From Octopus vulgaris (lineage: Eukaryota): a DNA stretch of 64,000 nucleotides. Below the pieces are notes generated by a model. The model was not told the DNA's origin. It ran no database searches and saw nothing but the letters and a program-made list of their open reading frames with translations. The stretch spans positions 130,696,001 to 130,760,000 of the forward strand of contig OX597819.1 in assembly GCA_951406725.2 (NCBI GenBank), read 5' to 3'. This document shows, piece by piece, positions 55,785 to 64,000 of the stretch; the first letter of the stretch is position 1; every line of letters begins with the position of its first letter. The position numbers and the translations under genes were made by a program.

Positions 55785-56012
55785 AGTATGTGTGTGTATA
55801 TGTTTGTGTGTCTGTGTTTGTCCCCTTAGCATTGCTTGACAACCGATGCTGGTGTGTGTTTACGTCCCCATCACTTAGCAGTTCGGCAAAAGAGTACGAT
55901 AGAATAAGTACTGGGCTAACAAAGAATAAGTCCAGGGTCGATTTGCTCGACTAAAGGCGGTGCTACAGCATGGCTGCAGTCAAATGACTGAAACAAGTAA
56001 AAGAGTAAAAAG
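55551..56012 (+). mobile_element. SINE family A, full length
   Basis: A box TGGCTGTGTGG, B box GGGTTCAATCCC, internal (TA)n, tail GTAAAAGA repeats. Confidence 0.93.
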
Positions 56013-56023
56013 TATATATATGA

Positions 56024-58447
56024 ATGACAAGATGTGAACGAGGACAGGCGAGGTCCCTCCTGAACGTCATCAACACCCTGTACATGGAGCAGGTAATACT
56101 CCAACCAACCAGGGCAGGTAACACACTGGATCTCTGCTTCACAAATGACATGGATCTCATCCATAATGTGAAAGTGACACCGACACTACTCTCGGATCAC
56201 AACATGATAGAGCTGACCATGTACGGGCCAAAAGAGAGCACGGACATGCAGCCTACAAGAAACCCTCAAAATCTTTCCAGCTTGAACTACCATAAGGCAA
56301 ACTGGAAACAAATTGAGAAAGAGATCCTCAAACAAAACTGGCCTAAATGTCTCTCCTCGCCAGACATCGACGTGAAACTTCAACAATTCATGTCTGTAAT
56401 GCAAGCCATATGCTACAAATGTGTCCCAGAGAGAAAGGCCACTGTACACAAGAACAAAATCCCCAGAGAGAGGAAAATTTTAATGAGACGGCGTACGAAA
56501 TTTTCAAATCGCCTAAACAAACAGATTGAAAGCAGTGAAAAGTCCCGCCTAAAAATAAAAATAAAACTGTTGGAAATCGAAAAATGTCTGCAACTCTCCC
56601 ATGAAAAAGAAAGAGCAGACAAAGAAGCCTGGGCTATAGAAAACATAAAATCTAACCCCAGAGCTTTCTACAGGTATGCCAAAGAAACAGCTACAGTGCA
56701 CTGTAGAATAGGGCCACTCCTCGAAAAGGATGGCACACTTACAGGAAAACCAATGAGGGTAAGTGAAATACTGAATGAGCAATTCAAGAGTGTTTTCACT
56801 CCACCCCTTGGGCATCTCCAAATCACCAATCCAACTGACTTTTTTACCACTGCAGATATAAAATCAGAGGCGGCGACGATAGATTACATCGATATAAAGG
56901 AAGACGATGTAACCAAGGCTATAGATGAAATGAAAACAGACTCAGCTACTGGCCCCGATGGATTCCCGGCAATCCTCCTAAAAGCATGTAAGAGAGTCCT
57001 AGCAAGACCACTGCAGTTCCTCTTTCAGAGCTTCCTTGCAGCTGGCAAACTTCCAGGAAAACTGAAGGAAGGTAAAATATGCCCCATTCATAAAGGAGGT
57101 AGCAGAGCGGAAGCCAAGAACTATAGACCTATCTCTCTGACCTCACACATCAGCAAGGTCATGGAACGAATAGTCAGAAGGAAGCTGATCACCTTCCTTG
57201 AAGAGAATGACTTGCTGCCCGACACCCAACATGGTTTCCGACCAGGGAGAAGCTGTTTAACTCAGCTCCTACAACACTATGACTGGGTGCTGAAACGGCT
57301 GCTCAACCACTCAAATGTGGAAGTGATATATCTCGACTTTGCAAAGGCCTTTGATAAAGTCGATCATGGAATGATATGTCACAAACTGCGTGATCTCAAC
57401 ATAGTTGGAAAAATGGGAGAATGGCTTCATGACTTTCTGAAGGATAGAAGTCAGGTGGTAGTAGCCAATGGGGCCACCTCCATTAACACACAAATAGTGA
57501 GCGGTGTTCCGCAGGGCACTGTTCTGGGACCACTACTGTTCATAATGGCCCTCTCAGACATGCCCTCAGCCACGCAGAGAGCCACGATCACAAGTTATGC
57601 AGATGATACAAAAGTTTCACAGGAAATACAGAACCCTGAGGACACTAAACACCTGCAATGTGAGCTGGACGAAATATACAAGTGGGCTGAAAAGAATAGC
57701 ATGCAGTTCAATGCTGGAAAGTTTCAAGCTTTATACTATCAGTATGCAAAACTGAATGCAATACCCAATGAATACACTGGACCCGGAGGGATTGCAATCC
57801 CAGAGGCACAATCAGTGCGTGACCTGGGTATTCACATGAGTGATGACGCGACCTTTCATGTACATGTTGCTAAACTGACAATGAAATGTAGACGGCTGAC
57901 TGGATGGATTCTTAGAACCTTTAGAACAAGAGAACAAGAAACCATGATGGTCCTCTGGAAGACACTTGTCCTAAGCCACTTTGACTATTGCTCTCAGCTA
58001 TGGTCACCATCCAGTGTCAAGTTGATCACAGAACTTGAGGCGATCCAACGAAGCTACACAAAGAAGATAGCCTCTATGCAGAATGTAAGCTACTGGGAAA
58101 GACTCAAGAGATTAAAATTATATTCCCTGGAGCGTAGGCGGGAAAGATATGCCATAATATACATCTGGAAGATCCTGGAGGGAAGTGTCCTGAACTTTGG
58201 CATCGAGAGTTACGCAAATGCCAGAACTGGGCGCCACTGCGTGGTGCCTAGGACTCCAAACCTGCCTTCAAGATGTAGGACAAGATTCTGTGATAGCCTG
58301 GGCTTCCGAGGCCCACAGCTCTTCAATATCCTCCCGAAGAACCTGAGAGACCTGCATGGGGTGGATACAGATGTCTTTAAAATAAGCTGGATCTCTTCCT
58401 GTCAGGTGTCCCAGATGAACCAACTTCACGGCAGGAGGGACAGATGA
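56024..58447 (+). CDS. LINE ORF2: C-terminal part of the APE endonuclease plus complete reverse transcriptase
   Basis: PTRAGNTLDL...SDH (APE end), GPDG, NYRPISLTS, QHGFRPGRSC, YLDFAKAFDKVDH, GVPQGTVLGPLLF and YADD. 807 open codons, with a probable 1-nt frameshift near 58385. Confidence 0.92.
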   Translation: MTRCERGQARSLLNVINTLYMEQVILQPTRAGNTLDLCFTNDMDLIHNVKVTPTLLSDHNMIELTMYGPKESTDMQPTRNPQNLSSLNYHKANWKQIEKEILKQNWPKCLSSPDIDVKLQQFMSVMQAICYKCVPERKATVHKNKIPRERKILMRRRTKFSNRLNKQIESSEKSRLKIKIKLLEIEKCLQLSHEKERADKEAWAIENIKSNPRAFYRYAKETATVHCRIGPLLEKDGTLTGKPMRVSEILNEQFKSVFTPPLGHLQITNPTDFFTTADIKSEAATIDYIDIKEDDVTKAIDEMKTDSATGPDGFPAILLKACKRVLARPLQFLFQSFLAAGKLPGKLKEGKICPIHKGGSRAEAKNYRPISLTSHISKVMERIVRRKLITFLEENDLLPDTQHGFRPGRSCLTQLLQHYDWVLKRLLNHSNVEVIYLDFAKAFDKVDHGMICHKLRDLNIVGKMGEWLHDFLKDRSQVVVANGATSINTQIVSGVPQGTVLGPLLFIMALSDMPSATQRATITSYADDTKVSQEIQNPEDTKHLQCELDEIYKWAEKNSMQFNAGKFQALYYQYAKLNAIPNEYTGPGGIAIPEAQSVRDLGIHMSDDATFHVHVAKLTMKCRRLTGWILRTFRTREQETMMVLWKTLVLSHFDYCSQLWSPSSVKLITELEAIQRSYTKKIASMQNVSYWERLKRLKLYSLERRRERYAIIYIWKILEGSVLNFGIESYANARTGRHCVVPRTPNLPSRCRTRFCDSLGFRGPQLFNILPKNLRDLHGVDTDVFKISWISSCQVSQMNQLHGRRDR

Positions 58448-58596
58448 GGGCAGCTGCATACTCTCTCATGCACCAAATAGCAGTCGCTAGAAAGCCTCCA
58501 TGAAGTGAAACCAAGTAGCAACACCAAATGGCGGTGCCCCAGCATGGCCACAGCTCATAAGCTGACACTAGAATCAATCAATCAATCAATCAATCA
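56030..58596 (+). mobile_element. 5'-truncated CR1-type LINE with 15-bp TSD and (AATC)n tail
   Basis: TSD TATATATGAATGACA at 56015-56029 and 58615-58629; 3'UTR ends CTGACACTAG(AATC)n. Confidence 0.93.
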
Positions 58597-58625
58597 TATA
58601 TATATATATATATGTATATATGAAT

Positions 58626-58810
58626 GACAGAGTATCTTATGAACTTCATTACCTTACAGGTGTTACAGTTATTTCCGAACTGCTGAAGTACATCTCATGT
58701 TTGAAGCTCGGTTGAAGCTCTAAGATGCTATTCAGGCACTCAGCTATGAGTCAACTGCGTCTTATATCCGAAACAGCTGTAAGCTAGTGAAGTCCATAAG
58801 ATAACTGTCT
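58626..58810. mobile_element. Short element with ~39-bp inverted ends and a decayed hammerhead-like motif
   Basis: GACAGAGTATCTTATGAACTTCATTACCTTACAGGTGTT is the inverse of AACAGCTGTAAGCTAGTGAAGTCCATAAGATAACTGTC. GAAACAGCTGTA forms a palindromic stem III. Related stub at 43084-43110. Confidence 0.6.
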
Positions 58811-59170
58811 ATTGCTTTGTCTTTTCAATTTTCTGTTACCGTTCGGAACCCGACAAACGCATCGTCCTGTAACATATGTATAGTGAGTTCTACCCCAGGT
58901 TATTATTATCCCAATGCCTAAGCGATATATATATACGTTTTTATTATTTTTTTTTTGCAACTTACTTAATCATCGGTATATTATTGTTATTTTAATTTTA
59001 ATATTTCTATTATATGTAATTTTCTAGATGCTGTAATTTAATTATTCATTTTGAATTGGCAAAAGGTGGGGTTTTTCTAATTTATATATATATATTATAT
59101 TGTGTGAAATTTGATTTAGTATTTCTAAATTGAATTTTTCCCTGTAAGTTAGGATTAATATTCCCTCAAA

Positions 59171-59207
<37 letters not shown>

Positions 59208-59288
59208 ACATGTTACATTTATAGATAAATTTCCTCTATTTACATAATATTGAGGTCTCTTTCTTTCTTTTGTTATCTTACCGTTTTA

Positions 59289-59355
<67 letters not shown>

Positions 59356-59360
<5 letters not shown>

Positions 59361-59725
59361 TAATCTAAACAAGAAAGCACAAAATAACATAACAACGCGA
59401 GGACGTGGAACAAATATAGTATTATTGGACGCTCAGGAAAGAAGGAAAGAAGGAGGGTTTAACGTTTCGAGCGGAGCTCTTCGTCGGAAACATAGGAAAA
59501 GGAAAGATCCAGAGAAAGGAAGACAGAGGAAAAAAATCGCCAACGATACACATGCGGTCACATTTTGAAAGACTGGAAGGAAATGAGTGAAGAAAGGTTT
59601 TTTCAAAAGTCGGGCATGTTGAGAAGTAGTGAATGTCTGTGTAGGTGTAAGTGGTGGCGACACAAGTGGAAAAGCGGAAGTAGAAGAAAGGTAAAAGAGG
59701 ACGAGGAAAAAGTGGAAGAGTCACG
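59356..59725 (-). mobile_element. (TA)n-embedded Penelope-like terminal fragment
   Basis: Shares its end with 28317-28412 and carries a hammerhead-like motif. Confidence 0.65.
59457..59491 (-). ncRNA. Minimal hammerhead variant
   Basis: GTTT-CCGACGA-A-GAGC/tcc/GCTC-GAA-ACGT-T-AAAC; U4C change and a non-optimal GUU triplet. Confidence 0.5.
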
Positions 59726-59874
59726 GACAAATTTTTTTTTATATATATATATATATATCACAGTTGTCAATTGTGGAACATGACTGTCACTACTGTTACA
59801 TAATCCCGATGATTGTGTAACACATGAAAGTACTAGTTTTATCACAATAATTATATATTCTATTATCAAACATA

Positions 59875-60036
59875 GGCGCAGGAGTGGCTGTGTGGTAAGT
59901 AGCTTGCTAACCAACCACATGGTTCCGGGTTCAGTCCCACTGCGTGGCATCTTGGGCAAGTGTCTTCTGCTATAGCCCCGGGCCGACCAATGCCTTGTGA
60001 GTGGATTTGGTAGGCGGAAACTGAAAGAAGCCTGTC

Positions 60037-60104
<68 letters not shown>

Positions 60105-60322
60105 GTGTGTTTGTGTGTCTGAGTTTGTCCTCCTAGCATTGCTTGACAACCGATGCTGGTGTGTTTACGTCCCCGTCACTTAGCGGTTCGGCAAAAGAGA
60201 CCGATAGAATAAGCACTGGGCTTACAAAGAATAAGTCCCGGGGTCGATTTGCTCGACTAAAGGCGGTGCTCCAGCATGGCCGCAGTCAAAATGACTGAAA
60301 CAAGTAAAAGAGTAAAAAGAGT
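59875..60322 (+). mobile_element. SINE family A, full length, young
   Basis: Head GGCGCAGGAGTGGCTGTGTGGTAAG, B box GGGTTCAGTCCC, internal (TA)n, LINE-like tail. Confidence 0.93.
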
Positions 60323-60443
60323 ATAATACTGTAAAAAATAATACGTGAAAATCAGACTCTGTTGGAATTTCATTGATTGATATATTCTTCTATACACAAT
60401 CATACACACTCGGATATACATACATATACATACATATACATAC

Positions 60444-60485
<42 letters not shown>

Positions 60486-60489
60486 TGTA

Positions 60490-60865
60490 TAATACATTTC
60501 TAAATATCTCAGAGAGATATATGCAGTAGTGGTACCATATCGCTGAGATATTTAGAAATGTATTATTTCAATTTTTGTAATCAGTGGATTTATTTCCCCA
60601 GAATTCTTATATGTTTACAAGAGCTAGATAGGCATCTCCAACTAGCAAGCCATGCTACTCCAGACTGATGACGAGCAAAGACTCAGAAACTAGTCTCTGG
60701 GTGCAGGCTTAGCTGGGTGGGGGTGCTTATCTCCCCTTTGTAAATATAAGGACACAGGAAATGTGTGAAGGCCGACAGGAAGCGTTGCTGCTTCCTAGGG
60801 CTAAATAGCAGTAGTGTGATTCCCTTCATGGGACTGTCACATTAAGTTGACAGTATACAACTACT
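60490..60865 (+). mobile_element. Structured non-coding hammerhead-bearing element between (TA)n tracts
   Basis: 5' inverted repeat AATACATTTCTAAATATCTCAG/CTGAGATATTTAGAAATGTATT, a central hammerhead, and 3' hairpins AGGAAGC/GCTTCCT and ACTGTCA/TGACAGT. Confidence 0.65.
60660..60700 (+). ncRNA. Minimal type-I hammerhead ribozyme
   Basis: CCAGA-CTGATGA-C-GAG/caaaga/CTC-A-GAA-ACTAGT-C-TCTGG: canonical core, palindromic stem III, GUC triplet. Stem I can extend (AAGCC/GGCTT). Confidence 0.8.
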
Positions 60866-60891
60866 ATATATATATATATATATTTTTTTAA

Positions 60892-60937
60892 TCTAGTTTC
60901 AGCTCACGAGCTGTGGCCATGCTGGGGCACCGCCATT
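60892..60937 (-). mobile_element. Isolated ~46-bp 3' terminus of the CR1-type LINE
   Basis: AATGGCGGTGCCCCAGCATGGCCACAGCTCGTGAGCTGAAACTAGA. Confidence 0.85.
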
Positions 60938-61503
60938 ACATATATATATGTATGTATATATGTGTATATGTATATATACAAGCAACCATGTGGTTGCAAA
61001 GCGAGTTTATTAATCACGCTACTACCACATGCTGTTTACGATTTTTACTACCGTTGTCTGCAATTCTGCAACGAAATAAGTATTCAGTTGGAGTTAAATT
61101 ATTTTTATTAAATATTTTATGAACCATATAAGCTTATGGAAACTGTTTGTGTAACATATAAAAGCAGTTTTAAGCGATTCGTGTATTTACATTGGGGCAT
61201 TGAAACAAATGATATATTTACTAATGCTAAGTGTCTGGAAATGGATATTATCTATATAACTAATTTTATTGTTAAATCCGCTTTGTTTTAAGGCTACATT
61301 ATAATAAGGAGCTGCTTTATTAAGGACAGACCTCTTGGATGATGTACTGTACAACCGTTCAGAACCCGATGTTTATTTTTCATTTGTAAACTTACTTATT
61401 TTATGATTAACAATTTTGAATGCTTGATGGCAAAAATCATGGACAAAGAAATATATTCCACCAACTACGTCCATAGCTTATTGTAGCAATTTAGCTCAAG
61501 AAA

Positions 61504-61844
61504 TCTCTCTATATATAAACGGCAAAATGGCTGTCTTTGTGTGAGTCCTTTATACAAATCCACAATTTTTCAGTTAGAGGGTTCACACTTTCTGTGGTCA
61601 TTCAAAGTCGTCCAAGGGTGGTCGTGCACATCTTTACATTTCCCCAGTTACCCCGTAAAGCCATTAAAAAATCATTAGAAGTGACTTTTTTGTGAATTTT
61701 CTATCCAAAACCCAATCAAAATGCCCGAAACTTGATACGCCAATTGAATGCCAGCTAGCTGTATGTGATTGGTCGGAGATTTGGACAGTACTCGCGTGTA
61801 TGTGCGCACGCACGCAGCTGTATACGCCGGGTCATAGTGATAGT
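61504..61844 (+). mobile_element. Probable non-autonomous Helitron
   Basis: 5' A|TCTCTCTATATATAAA start; 3' ACGCCGGGTCATAGTGATAG|T resembles a CTAG|T end with one mismatch. Confidence 0.45.
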
Positions 61845-61999
61845 AGAAGATAATTTTTATTTACGTACTAAAAAATTTTTCAGTCAAACTGATAATATTA
61901 ACTCAAGAAACATATTATTTATATTATTATTTATATCATTTATAGCTGGTTTTATTTCTCAAAATTGATTGAAATTTTATGGCAAAGAACTTACCATAG

Positions 62000-62239
62000 G
62001 TAGGTGCCATGGACCCCCTTTGATCCCTGTTTTATTCTTCTTGACTTCCAGAGCCATTCAATGTATATAAATAAATCTTAGTGTATTTTTATAATTAAAT
62101 ATTATTAGGAATTGTTTTAAAAAATTAAAATGTTTTGTTTATTGTAGAAAGTATTACGTTTTAATTGCACATAAATTTCAACAATAAACTCTTTTATGGA
62201 ACCTCCAAGGGCCATATGAACCTTGGCTGAGAACCACTG
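62000..62239. mobile_element. Degenerate hAT/Charlie-like MITE end
   Basis: Right end reads CAGTGGTTCTCAGCC on the minus strand; CCATGGACCCCC near the left end. Confidence 0.4.
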
Positions 62240-62349
62240 ATTTAAATGCTTCATAATTCCATCCCATTTTGATTCCTTCGCCTTTCGTTTCTTTTCTTGG
62301 TACATTCTTGGTCCACCAAGGGGGACACAAGAATATTCAGCAATTCGGT

Positions 62350-62700
62350 TCTAGAATAAAAAACCAAATATGTCTTCTGCAGTGATTAAAGGTGTGTCCT
62401 TTTGACATACTTTTTCAACTTCAATTTTAATTGGTTGCCATAACACAATGAATAGCATTAAATTCCTTGTCTGGTAAGACGAAAGATTGTATCATATCGA
62501 AAATGACCTTTGCAATACAGCTTTTAAGGAACAAGAATCGTTCATCCTGTCTTCACACCATCGATTAATTATCTTTCATGACCTGTCTCCTCTTTAGCAT
62601 ATTTCTTAAGTATTTCATTGTTTTCTTAGAGACAACGAAATTAACTGACAACTCTGCTCAGTTTTTCTTAATGTCGTCGCCAATTTACTTCAACAGAAGT
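62350..62700 (-). pseudogene. Highly decayed hAT-like transposase fragment
   Basis: Piecewise minus-strand translation NEILKKYAKEETGHE..LIDGVKT (cf. DxKTRWNS) and QPIKIEVEKVCQKDTPLITAEDIFGFL; many stops and frameshifts. Confidence 0.5.
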
Positions 62701-63504
62701 ATCTTCTGTGACTGGAGATATTTAATTAAATTCAATTTACTGCTGATCGATATGTTTATTAACCGCATTCATTACAGTAGAATCTAAATTTTGAACATCA
62801 TCTTCGAGTGACCCGTCCAACTTAGACGTCGCCGTCGATGCACGGATCATTACTTAAAATAGCTTCGTCACATTTTGATTCAGTTTTCTTGCCAAGAACA
62901 TCAGAGACGACTGCGATGACGAACGTAGCGACAGGACGACGACGACGACCGCAGTAACAGTAAAGATGAGTTTGGGAGGTTTTGATTTTCTTTTTAAAGG
63001 GAATTGTTTGTGTTTTTGTTTTCCTCTTTTCCTATATTTTTTCTTGTGTTCTTCCCCCTTGCTCCATTTCCTTTTGCTCGCTGCCTCTGCTTTAAAATTG
63101 GATTGCGAGTGTTTCGGCATAAGGAGCAGTCAAGAACTGGGCTCGATTTAGTCGGCAACACACCTCTCCTTACCGAGGGCCTACATTCAAGATCATTGCT
63201 ATTATAAAGTAGTCGTGATTTGTAGAAGACTGAATGGCTGAGAGATTCGCTTCGCTGTCAAAAGATACGGAGTTCGATTCCACTATGTAGTGGCATCTTG
63301 TGAAAATGCCTTCAGTTATGGTTTCAAACTGGACACACGGAATCTGAATGAAATGCCATACAAGAGGCCAATCTTATTACGCTTATCATGTCTTGGCCAA
63401 GTGTCTTCAGCTATATCCCCAGGCAGGTCTAACTGGAGTTGGTAGACGGAAACTGAAAGAAGCCCATCGTATAGATAGATAGATTTATATATATATATAT
63501 ATAT

Positions 63505-63720
63505 ATTCTTTTATTCTTTTACTTGTACCAGTCATCTGACTGCAGCCATGTTGGTGCACCGCCTTAAAGGGTTTTGGTCGAAGAAATCAACCCACAGGAC
63601 TTATTCTTTGTAAACCTAGTACTTATTCTATCAGTCTCTTTTACCGAACCGTTATGTTACGGGGAGATAAACACACCACCATTGGTTGTGAAGCGGTGAC
63701 GAAGGACAAACATACGCAAA
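63505..63720 (-). mobile_element. SINE family A 3' half
   Basis: Tail match. Confidence 0.8.
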
Positions 63721-63845
63721 GAAACAAGCACATACATACATATGTATACATATATACATATACATACATACACACACACACACATACATACATACATACA
63801 TACATACATACATACATACATACATACATACATACATACATACAT

Positions 63846-64000
63846 ACTCTTTACTCTTTACTATTTTACTTGTTTCAGTCATTTGACTGCGGCCATGTTG
63901 GAGCACCGCCTTTAGTCGAGTAAATCAACCCCGGAACTTATTCTTTGTAAGCCCAGTACTAATTCTATCGGTCTCTTTTGCCGAACCGCTAAGTGACGGG
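63846..64000 (-). mobile_element. SINE family A 3' end, continuing beyond the window
   Basis: Tail match. Confidence 0.9.

Noticed and set aside
62854-63120. Lys-rich 88-aa minus-strand ORF
   Set aside because: Low complexity, no recognisable domain, and adjacent to a decayed hAT-like relic; cannot be supported as a host exon.

Overview
Eukaryotic, AT-rich, repeat-saturated non-genic DNA. The very high microsatellite density and the tRNA-derived SINE families suggest an octopus/cephalopod genome (inference). No host protein-coding gene can be supported; almost all listed ORFs are translations of simple repeats. Supported content: decayed Tc1/mariner DNA transposons (Tc1 DD34E, mariner DD34D, maT-like DD37D), hAT relics and a MITE, and a probable non-autonomous Helitron. 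There is also a near-intact 5'-truncated CR1-type LINE ORF2 (56.0-58.6 kb) plus relics, an RTE fragment, two gag/ORF1 zinc-knuckle relics, three tRNA-derived SINE families, and a ~5.5 kb 59-bp satellite running into a 100-N gap. The most interesting unexplained structure is a set of short non-coding elements lodged in (TA)n tracts. They carry type-I hammerhead ribozyme cores and fold-back inverted repeats (Penelope-like/retrozyme-like), including a ~1.5 kb hairpin with a hammerhead at each end. Also visible are SINE/LINE 3'-end sharing with a covarying stem-loop, and a satellite unit with a GGAATGTT-C-AACATTCC palindrome. Coordinates were counted by eye and are approximate to a few bp.
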